Shown here in pieces: positions 56,458 to 64,000 of a DNA stretch of 64,000 nucleotides. Position numbers and translations under genes: made by a program. Positions within the stretch are counted from its first letter, which is position 1. Every line of letters starts with the position of its first letter. Source of the DNA: Armatimonadota bacterium (lineage in GTDB: Bacteria; Armatimonadota; UBA5829; DTLH01); assembly GCA_038207085.1 (NCBI GenBank), contig JBBRAE010000003.1:64001-128000 (forward strand), given 5' to 3'. The notes beneath the pieces are model-generated. The model saw nothing but the letters and a program-made list of their open reading frames with translations, made no database searches and was not told the origin of the DNA.

Positions 56458-57540
56458 GCCAACGGATTGCGCTACCTCCTGGATTATGTTTACTATTTCT
56501 TTTGCAGCGTCCGGTTTACCCAGCGATTTGCTCTTCTCGGCCATAACGGTGAGCTTCGCGGTGTCGGCGAAGAGTGAGAGAATGAGGTCGGCGAGCCCGT
56601 CGGACGAAAGCGCACTCTCCATCATTATAGCAGCACCGCCGGCATTTGCCACAGCTTCTGCATTTTTTGTCTGATGATCGGCGTGCGCAAACGGGTATGG
56701 CACGAAAATCGCCGGGAGCCCACGCACTGTGATCTCAGCGATGGTCGACGCGCCGCTTCTCGATACGACCAGGTCTGACGCTGAGTACGCAGCCGACATG
56801 TCGTCCATATACGGCGCGACGACGTAACCCTTGGACTGGGGCCGCTTAGCCATCACGTCGCCGTAGTTTTTGGAGCCTGTCAGGTGAAGCACCTGGATGC
56901 CTCGCGCAAGGAGCCTAGGAGCCGCCTCGATCACCGAATCGTTCAGCCGCCGCGCACCCTGGCTTCCACCGGTTACTAGCACGACGGGTTTATCAGGAGC
57001 TAGACCAAGCAACGCCCGCGCCTCGCGTTTGTCGACGCCCGTGACGATGGACGGCCGCACTGGAAGCCCCGTAAGCGACGTTTTCCCATCGGGGAAACTC
57101 GATGTCGAATCTTGAAATGTGACGCAGACCCGCTTTGCGATCTTGGCGAGTAGAAGGTTCGTCCTGCCTGGAACCGAGTTTTGTTCGTGAATGACCACGG
57201 GGAGCCCGCGAAGCTTCGCCGCGAGCAGGACGCCCGCGCTCGTATAGCCGCCGGTTCCAACTACCACATCGGGCCGGAACTCGCCGAGCAGAGAGAAGGC
57301 TTTCACCGTCCCGAGGGCGAGCTTCAACATCGACTTGGCGGTGCGAAGCGACATCCCCGTGACGGGCCCGCTTGGGACCGACTTGAAGGGCACACCTTCA
57401 AGGCCCGCAAGCCTGCCTTCGGGGCCGTGCTGGCTACCGACGAACAGAAGTTCCGCGCCGCGTTCCCTTAGCTGCCGGGCGATACTCAGTGCAGGATAGA
57501 TATGCCCGCCTGTCCCGCCTCCTGTGACGACTACTCTCAT
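56455..57540 (-). CDS. murG: Undecaprenyl-PP-MurNAc-pentapeptide GlcNAc transferase
   Basis: GGGTGGHIYP, HEQN, GGSQGA, RSGAST, HQTKNA. Confidence 0.97.
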   Translation of the reverse strand: MRVVVTGGGTGGHIYPALSIARQLRERGAELLFVGSQHGPEGRLAGLEGVPFKSVPSGPVTGMSLRTAKSMLKLALGTVKAFSLLGEFRPDVVVGTGGYTSAGVLLAAKLRGLPVVIHEQNSVPGRTNLLLAKIAKRVCVTFQDSTSSFPDGKTSLTGLPVRPSIVTGVDKREARALLGLAPDKPVVLVTGGSQGARRLNDSVIEAAPRLLARGIQVLHLTGSKNYGDVMAKRPQSKGYVVAPYMDDMSAAYSASDLVVSRSGASTIAEITVRGLPAIFVPYPFAHADHQTKNAEAVANAGGAAIMMESALSSDGLADLILSLFADTAKLTVMAEKSKSLGKPDAAKEIVNIIQEVAQSVG

Positions 57541-58663
57541 GTTCCCCCTGTTCGGGTTCCTCCATTTTCTCTTCTGTGTGACGCGACACCGAAAGCACGA
57601 TCCCGACGCCAAAGAGCATAATAATCAGGTGCGATCCGCCGTAACTGATGAACGGAAGCGGCACACCGGTCGCGGGGATGGACGAGGTGATCACAGCTAT
57701 GTTCACCAGCGCCTGAAACGCGATCATCGAAGTGATCCCAAGCGCGAGCAGGCTCATATACGGCGACTTCGCCTTGTGCGCAATCGAAAGCCCGCGTGCG
57801 GCAAACCATACGAAAAGCCCAAGTAGCGCGACCATTCCGATGAACCCGAACTCCTCGCCAAGCGTCGCCCCTATCATATCGGTCTGAGGCGCGGGGATGT
57901 AGAACTTCTCCCGCCCCTCGCAAAACCCGAGCCCGCTGAAACCGCCCGTCGCAAGCGCGAAGAGCGAGTGGGAAATCTGATACCCTCCACCGTTGTACGA
58001 AGCGAGCGGGTTGATAAACGACGCAAGCCTTGCAAGCCGGTAGGGCTCGACCGCGATCATCAACGCGCCAAGCGCTGCACCCACGCCACCAAGCGCGAGC
58101 ATATGCCGCTTCTTCACTCCTGCGACGAAGAGCATCACGGCGGTTGTGAGCGCGGCGACGGTCGCCGTCCCGAGGTCTTCGATCACCACCAGCCCGACTA
58201 TAAACACGATCGGGATAAGCGACCTTACGAGCCTTTCAGGGTTTCTGATGCGCAGACCCTTGTTGGCAAGCTCGTCGGCGAGGTAAAGTACGAGAGCGAG
58301 CTTTGCAACCTCGGAAGGCTGCAAGTGAAACGGGCCGATCGGAATCCAGCGCGACGAGCCCGCGATCGACTTGCCTATACCAGGGACCATTACAAACGCA
58401 AGGAGCAGCACAGAGCCCCACAAGAATGTCGTCGTAATCGTCCTGAAAAACTTGGGATGAAGGTTTGCGCCGAGCAGAAGAGCCAGCCCGCCGGCTACGG
58501 CATATATGACCTGCAGCTTGACGTAGTGCCACGCGTCGCCGGTCTTGAGGTCAGCGGCACGGGCGAAGCTTGAGTCAAAAACAAGCCACACACCTACCAC
58601 GACAAGAACCATCGTGAGAGTCAGGAACAGATAGTCAAACGACTGCTTTCGGCGGTTGTTCAT
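57434..58663 (-). CDS. ftsW: Cell division SEDS protein FtsW
   Basis: QPSEVAK, GYQISHS, TGVPLPFISYGGS; dcw position. Confidence 0.93.
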   Translation of the reverse strand: MNNRRKQSFDYLFLTLTMVLVVVGVWLVFDSSFARAADLKTGDAWHYVKLQVIYAVAGGLALLLGANLHPKFFRTITTTFLWGSVLLLAFVMVPGIGKSIAGSSRWIPIGPFHLQPSEVAKLALVLYLADELANKGLRIRNPERLVRSLIPIVFIVGLVVIEDLGTATVAALTTAVMLFVAGVKKRHMLALGGVGAALGALMIAVEPYRLARLASFINPLASYNGGGYQISHSLFALATGGFSGLGFCEGREKFYIPAPQTDMIGATLGEEFGFIGMVALLGLFVWFAARGLSIAHKAKSPYMSLLALGITSMIAFQALVNIAVITSSIPATGVPLPFISYGGSHLIIMLFGVGIVLSVSRHTEEKMEEPEQGEHESSRHRRRDRRAYLSCTEYRPAAKGTRRGTSVRR

Positions 58664-60055
58664 CTAATCACCTTGCCCTGTAGAGGCTCTATGTCGGACT
58701 GCGGCCTTGAAGACCTCGCCTCTCTCCTCGAAATTCCTGAACATATCAAAGCTCGCACAGCCCGGCGCAAGCATCACCGTGTCCCCGGACTCCGCGACAA
58801 GCGATGCCTTGGCGACGGCGTCGTTCATATCTGCAGCGTGCGTGATGTCGCCAAACCCGGTCGCGCGAACGGCCTCTTCGATCTCATCCACGCTTGCGCC
58901 GATCAGAACGAGGTGCTTTGCCCGCGAGCTTACGACCTCGGCAAGCGGTGAGAGGTCCCCACCCTTGTGCTTGCCGCCCGCGATCACGACGGGACGACCA
59001 TTGACGGCCTCAACCGATCGGACGAACGCTTCCACATTGGTACACATCGAGTTGTTGATGTAGTCTACGCCGCCGATCTTCGCGACCCACTCCATCCTGT
59101 GGACGACTCCAGTGAACTCATGGAGCGCCTTTTGTATGCTCTCAGGCCTCACGCCAAAGGCAATCGCGCCGAGACATGCGGCCAAAACGTTCTCCTGGTT
59201 GTGCTCGCCGGGGAGCCTTATGTCGGTGATCGAACACGCGACGGTCTCGGTGTCCCCGATTCGGACCACAACTCGCTCCCCATCGATAAACGCCCCATGC
59301 TCCACATTCTCTTTACGCGAAAAGTAGAGCTTGTGTCCGCCGACGTCTTCGGTGCGGGAGCGGACGGGTTCGTTGTCCAGATTGATGACGGAGTAGTCTT
59401 CACCGGTCTGGTGCTCGAAGATTCTCACCTTGAGCGCGGCGTATTCTTCCTGGGTGTGGCGGTCGATGTGGTCGGCGCCGATGTTCAGGAGCATCGCGAC
59501 TTTCGGCTTGAAGCTCGTGATCCACTCCAGCTGAAAGGTGCTGATCTCAGCGACGATGACGCCGTCTGCAGAAGCTTTGTGTGCGGCAGTCACGAGAGGC
59601 ACACCGATATCCCCCGCAGCGACGTTTCCGGCGATGTACGCCTCGCGCCCATCGGCCTGGAGCATCCGGCCCGTAAGCACTGTGGTCGTCGTCTTGCCGT
59701 TGGTGCCGGTGATTGCGATAATCGGGGCTTTTGCGATTCTGTAGGCAAGCTCGATCTCTGAGACAACTTCGACCCCTCGTGCAACGGCGTCTTTGAACAT
59801 GTGCGCCGTCGCTGGAACGCCGGGGCTTGGGATCAATAGATCGATGCCGTCGAAGTCAACGCCCGGATGCCCCACCCGCGCCTCAACGCCGAGGCGCTTG
59901 GCCTCGCCGAGTTCGCGCCCGAGCTCGTGTGGGTTCTTTCGGTCAAAGAGTATGGGGGTCGCGCCAAGGTCTACTAGCACGCGTGCGCATGCCATGCCCG
60001 TTCGTGCCATGCCGACTACGGCGATTGTTTTTTCACTCAAACTGGACTCTGTCAA
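58664..60055 (-). CDS. murD: UDP-MurNAc-L-Ala--D-glutamate ligase
   Basis: SPGVP, ITGTNGKTTT, EISTFQL, PGCASFDMF..FEERG; TTGA overlap with the mraY stop. Confidence 0.96.
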   Translation of the reverse strand: MTESSLSEKTIAVVGMARTGMACARVLVDLGATPILFDRKNPHELGRELGEAKRLGVEARVGHPGVDFDGIDLLIPSPGVPATAHMFKDAVARGVEVVSEIELAYRIAKAPIIAITGTNGKTTTTVLTGRMLQADGREAYIAGNVAAGDIGVPLVTAAHKASADGVIVAEISTFQLEWITSFKPKVAMLLNIGADHIDRHTQEEYAALKVRIFEHQTGEDYSVINLDNEPVRSRTEDVGGHKLYFSRKENVEHGAFIDGERVVVRIGDTETVACSITDIRLPGEHNQENVLAACLGAIAFGVRPESIQKALHEFTGVVHRMEWVAKIGGVDYINNSMCTNVEAFVRSVEAVNGRPVVIAGGKHKGGDLSPLAEVVSSRAKHLVLIGASVDEIEEAVRATGFGDITHAADMNDAVAKASLVAESGDTVMLAPGCASFDMFRNFEERGEVFKAAVRHRASTGQGD

Positions 60056-61068
60056 TGATATCCCCAATTCCAATACAGAAGCGCAATCGCGGCAAAGACT
60101 ACGCCTGCGATCCAGAATCTTACTACAACCGTCTGCTCGGGCCAACCCGAGAGCTCAAAGTGATGATGAACCGGACTCATCTTAAAGACACGTCTGCCGG
60201 TGCCTGTTCTGATCCGGGTATACTTAAAGACCGCCCATTGAAGAGCCGAAGAGAGACCATCGAGGATAAAGACCATCCCAGCGATGATCAACACAACCTC
60301 AAACTTGCCAACAATAGCCAACGCCGGAAAGATGACGCCGAGCGCAAGCGAGCCGGTGTCCCCCATAAAGACTTTCGCCGGTTTGAAGTTATACCAAAGA
60401 AACCCAAGACACGCTCCCGCAATAGCCGGAAACATCATGCCATAGGCACTAAGTGTAAGCCCTGCGGTAAAAAACAGCGCTATCGCCAGAATGGCGGCAA
60501 GGCCTGCGGCAAGGCCGTCGAGGCCGTCGGTGATGTTGACGAAGTTCGCCATCCCCGTGATAAACAGCACTGCAAGCGGCGCATACGCCCAACCTAGATC
60601 CACCCGCAGGCCTCTTCCGAGTTCGACTACGGTGTTCATCTGCCCCGTCGAGGCAAGATAGGCGACGAAACCGACAGCGGCGATCAACTGCAGCAGAAAC
60701 TTCGGTTTGCTCCCGATGCCGCGCCTGCCGTTCCTGGGCCGGATGGTCAGCCAGTCGTCCGCCGCGCCAAGAAGCGCGTACACCAGAACAAGGGCAACAA
60801 CTGCGTCATAGGGGGTGAAGCCGCCAAAACCGCCAGGTCTCATAAATAGCACGCGATTAGTGACTACGGGAATGAAAAAGCCGATCAGGATGATGATGCC
60901 ACCCATTGCCGGAGTCCCGGCCTTTGAAGCGTGCGACTCTGGTCCCTCGCTCTGAATCACCTGACCAGCTTTCGCGCGCCTGAGCCGGGCAATGACCAAA
61001 GGGCCGACTGCAAGCGATATCACAAATGCAACGATGAATATAAACGAATAGAACGCCAGCCCCATCAC
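60052..61068 (-). CDS. mraY: Phospho-MurNAc-pentapeptide transferase
   Basis: KAGTPAMGG, NITDGLDGL, FMGDTGS, PVHHHFE. Confidence 0.97.
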   Translation of the reverse strand: MMGLAFYSFIFIVAFVISLAVGPLVIARLRRAKAGQVIQSEGPESHASKAGTPAMGGIIILIGFFIPVVTNRVLFMRPGGFGGFTPYDAVVALVLVYALLGAADDWLTIRPRNGRRGIGSKPKFLLQLIAAVGFVAYLASTGQMNTVVELGRGLRVDLGWAYAPLAVLFITGMANFVNITDGLDGLAAGLAAILAIALFFTAGLTLSAYGMMFPAIAGACLGFLWYNFKPAKVFMGDTGSLALGVIFPALAIVGKFEVVLIIAGMVFILDGLSSALQWAVFKYTRIRTGTGRRVFKMSPVHHHFELSGWPEQTVVVRFWIAGVVFAAIALLYWNWGYH

Positions 61069-62423
61069 TTGAGCGCCTCCACGACTTTTTCCATCTTCAT
61101 CCCGCGCGAGCCCTTCACAAGCACCAAATCCCCAGACTGAACACGAGTCTTTAGCAGTTCAGCCGCATCGTCGCTCGTCTTGACCTGCACGATCTCGCCC
61201 GTAAAGCCAGATGTATGCGCGCCTGTTGCGATCGCCTGACCGAGGTCGCCCACGGTCACGAGCACCGATATCCCGGACTCTGCCGCGACTTTGCCGACTG
61301 CGCGGTGCGTCGTCCCGGCGAAGTCACCGAGCTCGAGCATGTCGCCGAGCACTGCTATTCGACGCTGTGCGTCCATCGAGGCCAGGGTGCGAAGGGCGGC
61401 GTCCATCGAGGCGGGACTTGCGTTGTAGGTGTCGTCGATTATCCGGTAGCCGCCTGCAGTCTCGACCACGTTTGCGCGCTTGTCGCTTGCGGTCATCGAC
61501 TCAAGCGCCGAAGCGATCTCTCCCGCCGTCATGCCGAAACACAGGCCGACCGATATTGCGGCAAGCGCGTTTGTGACCATATGATCGCCGGGAAGCGGCA
61601 GATGAACGTCGAAACGCACGCCTCCGATGATGCCGGTGAAACTGGCGCAGCCGTCGGCGTCGATTGTCACGTTCTCCGCGCGCACATCGCCCGAGGCTCT
61701 GCCGTAGGATATTACCTGCGCGGCGCTTTTGTTCTTCAGTCGCTCAAAATACTTGTCATCGGCGTTCAAGACCGCAATGCCATCGATTGGAAGCGCCTCG
61801 GCAAGCTCGCCCTTGGCGTCTGCGATGGCGTCCTGCGTCTCAAGCCGCTCGATGTGCGAGAGTCCGATGTTTGTTATCACACCGATCTCGGGGTGGACGA
61901 TATTGGCAAGCTCAGCAATCTCACCGGGCAGGCGCATCCCGACTTCCTGGACGAGTATCTGGTGTTCGTCGTTGAGTTGGAAGATCGTAAAAGGCACCCC
62001 GATTTCGTTGTTGAAGTTCCCCTCGTTCTTCAGCACGCAGAACTTGCTCCCGAGGACCGATGCGACCATCTCCTTGGTCGTCGTCTTACCGACGCTGCCG
62101 GTGATCGCGACGGAGCGCACGTTGAACGTGCGTCGATACCATGCCGCGAGGTTACCGAGCGCGACCAGAGTGTCATCGACCTTGATGATACTGCCGCGCG
62201 CATCGACTTCCCGCGACACGACGACTGCTCGAGCGCCCTTCTGAAAGGCAAGTGCGACGTAGTTGTGCCCGTCGCTGTTCTCGCCGACAAGTGCGAAGAA
62301 CAGGTCGCCTTGTGCAATCGTGCGGGAGTCGGTGGAGATCCCCGTGATCTCGCCGGCAGACTCGCCCATAACCAGTTCGCCGCCCATCGCGGCTATAGCG
62401 TCAGTCAGTGATATACGTTTCAT
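61065..62423 (-). CDS. murF: UDP-MurNAc-tripeptide--D-Ala-D-Ala ligase
   Basis: TGSVGKTTTK, NNEIGVP, DDTYNASP, GDMLELG, KGSRG. Confidence 0.97.
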   Translation of the reverse strand: MKRISLTDAIAAMGGELVMGESAGEITGISTDSRTIAQGDLFFALVGENSDGHNYVALAFQKGARAVVVSREVDARGSIIKVDDTLVALGNLAAWYRRTFNVRSVAITGSVGKTTTKEMVASVLGSKFCVLKNEGNFNNEIGVPFTIFQLNDEHQILVQEVGMRLPGEIAELANIVHPEIGVITNIGLSHIERLETQDAIADAKGELAEALPIDGIAVLNADDKYFERLKNKSAAQVISYGRASGDVRAENVTIDADGCASFTGIIGGVRFDVHLPLPGDHMVTNALAAISVGLCFGMTAGEIASALESMTASDKRANVVETAGGYRIIDDTYNASPASMDAALRTLASMDAQRRIAVLGDMLELGDFAGTTHRAVGKVAAESGISVLVTVGDLGQAIATGAHTSGFTGEIVQVKTSDDAAELLKTRVQSGDLVLVKGSRGMKMEKVVEALK

Positions 62424-62446
62424 AACAGTTGTCAGTTTGTCAGATC

Positions 62447-62581
62447 CCCGATCGTTCGGGAGATTGCTCCCGAATGCAAAGAACAACGAGGACTTAAGTC
62501 CGGTGAGTCGACTTTAACCGACTGAGCGGGAGTGAACTCCCTTGCTGTTCTTTGTGTGCGCGATACACATCGCGCACGATC
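62447..62581. repeat. Nested multi-hairpin dispersed element, copy 2
   Basis: Homologous to 11273-11410; lies between murE and murF. Confidence 0.85.
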
Positions 62582-62594
62582 TGATAGCTGAAAT

Positions 62595-64000
62595 CTATTT
62601 GACTCTCTTCCGTGCCTCAAGAACGTCCCTCGCGACCTCTCGGTCGTCGAAGTGGATCGTCTTGTCGGCGAAAATCTGATAGTTCTCGTGGCCCTTGCCG
62701 GCGATAACTACAATGTCGCCCTGCTCGGCTGAGCGTATCGCGTGGACAATGGCTTCGCGGCGGTCGACAATGACCTCGGGGCGGCTCTCAAGCGCGATTC
62801 CATCCAGAATATCTCGAATGATCGCCTCGGGCTCTTCTTTTCGGGGGTTGTCGCTTGTGACGATCACCATATCGGCGAGGTCGGAGGCGATCTTGCCCAT
62901 TTTCGGTCGCTTGCCCCGGTCGCGGTTGCCTCCGCAGCCGAAGACGACTATCAAACGGTTCTTTGTCAGGCTCTTTGCGGTTCTGAGCACGTTTTCAAGG
63001 CCGTCCGGGCTGTGCGCGTAGTCTACTACCACGCCAAAGTCCTGACCGCAGTCGACCGATTCGAAGCGTCCGACGACTTTGGGGCTCATGGCGAGGCCCT
63101 GGACAATCGTTACGAGGTCGATACCAAGCCCAAGGCACGCCGCAGCAGCCGAAAGGCCGTTGTAGGCGTTGAAATAGCCGCCAACAGGCACATACGCCCG
63201 CTCGGAGACTCCCCTGTAGGTAATATCGAGCGATACGCCCGACTCGCTTACCTCGATCTCTGAACCCATAACATCGGCAGGAGAATTGATGCCGTAGGTG
63301 ATGACCTCGCCAACGGTCGCGTCGATCACGGCCTGAGCGTAGGGGTCGTCGACGTTCACGGCGGCGACGAAACGCTTGCTTGAAAGCTTGGGATACTCTG
63401 AAAAAAGTGTGAGCTTGGTTGCAAAATAGTCTTCGAGCGTGCCGTGGAAATCGAGGTGGTCCTGGGTGAGGTTCGTAAAGACACCGCAGTCGAACTCACA
63501 GCCCGCTGTGCGCCCCTGCGCGAGCCCGTGGGAGGAGACCTCCATCGCGACGGCATCGACGCCACGGTCGACCATCTCGGCTAATACCTGCTGCAGGTCG
63601 GCTGACTCAGGGGTCGTGTGATCGGTCGGGAGGATCTCGTCTTCTATGCGAGTCCCGAGCGTTCCGACGAGCCCCGCCATGTTGCCCGCCGCGCGGAAGA
63701 TGCTTTGGATCAGGTGGGTGGCGGTCGTCTTGCCGTTGGTGCCGGTGACGCCGACCATCATCATCTTGCGGGTGGGATAATTGTAAAACCTTGCGGCAAG
63801 CTGGGGAAGCGCCTCGCGTCCGTTTGGAACGACTACAAAAGGCACATCAGCATCAATCTCACGCTCGGATACGATGGCCGCAGCGCCATTTGCAACGGCG
63901 TCTGCGATGAACTCGTGTCCGTCAAATGTCCCCCCGCAGAACGCTACAAAGAGCATTCCCGGCGCAACTTTTCGGGAATCGTAAGCGACTCCCGTGATCT
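62595..64000 (-). CDS. murE: UDP-MurNAc-dipeptide--meso-DAP ligase (5' end outside the window)
   Basis: GTNGKTT, MEVSSH, DYAHSPD, DNPR (DAP-type), AGKGHE. Confidence 0.97.
   Translation of the reverse strand, partial: ITGVAYDSRKVAPGMLFVAFCGGTFDGHEFIADAVANGAAAIVSEREIDADVPFVVVPNGREALPQLAARFYNYPTRKMMMVGVTGTNGKTTATHLIQSIFRAAGNMAGLVGTLGTRIEDEILPTDHTTPESADLQQVLAEMVDRGVDAVAMEVSSHGLAQGRTAGCEFDCGVFTNLTQDHLDFHGTLEDYFATKLTLFSEYPKLSSKRFVAAVNVDDPYAQAVIDATVGEVITYGINSPADVMGSEIEVSESGVSLDITYRGVSERAYVPVGGYFNAYNGLSAAAACLGLGIDLVTIVQGLAMSPKVVGRFESVDCGQDFGVVVDYAHSPDGLENVLRTAKSLTKNRLIVVFGCGGNRDRGKRPKMGKIASDLADMVIVTSDNPRKEEPEAIIRDILDGIALESRPEVIVDRREAIVHAIRSAEQGDIVVIAGKGHENYQIFADKTIHFDDREVARDVLEARKRVK

Overview
High-GC bacterial chromosomal window with no intact transposase, integrase, prophage or CRISPR array. 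The gene mix suggests Armatimonadota or a similar diderm Terrabacteria lineage, but this is inference only. Housekeeping content: rodA, coaE, rpsA, polA, sppA, tRNA-Leu(CAA), argJ, argC and the dcw run murE-murF-mraY-murD-ftsW-murG-murC. Accessory content: carbohydrate enzymes, an SBP-permease fusion, an ice-binding-like protein, mntH-usp and a cytochrome-c-fused bd-type oxidase pair. The best candidate for an undescribed system is a four-gene envelope locus (32.5-44.4 kb). It has two CsgG/FlgT-like proteins sharing an internal basic-hydrophobic motif, a 2330-aa Ig-repeat protein with a complete subtilase inserted inside one repeat, and an Ig plus LptD-like barrel protein. Other signals: many intergenic palindromic repeat families, including a ~137-nt nested element with compensatory changes between two copies; four GNTT-N17-GGGWAW (SigB/SigF-like) promoter motifs, three clustered at the 5' end of a PAS-GAF-RsbW/T-type kinase gene; an uncalled 19-aa Cys-rich sORF; and a decayed tadC fragment. 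All family calls come from motif recognition by eye; no database search was run.
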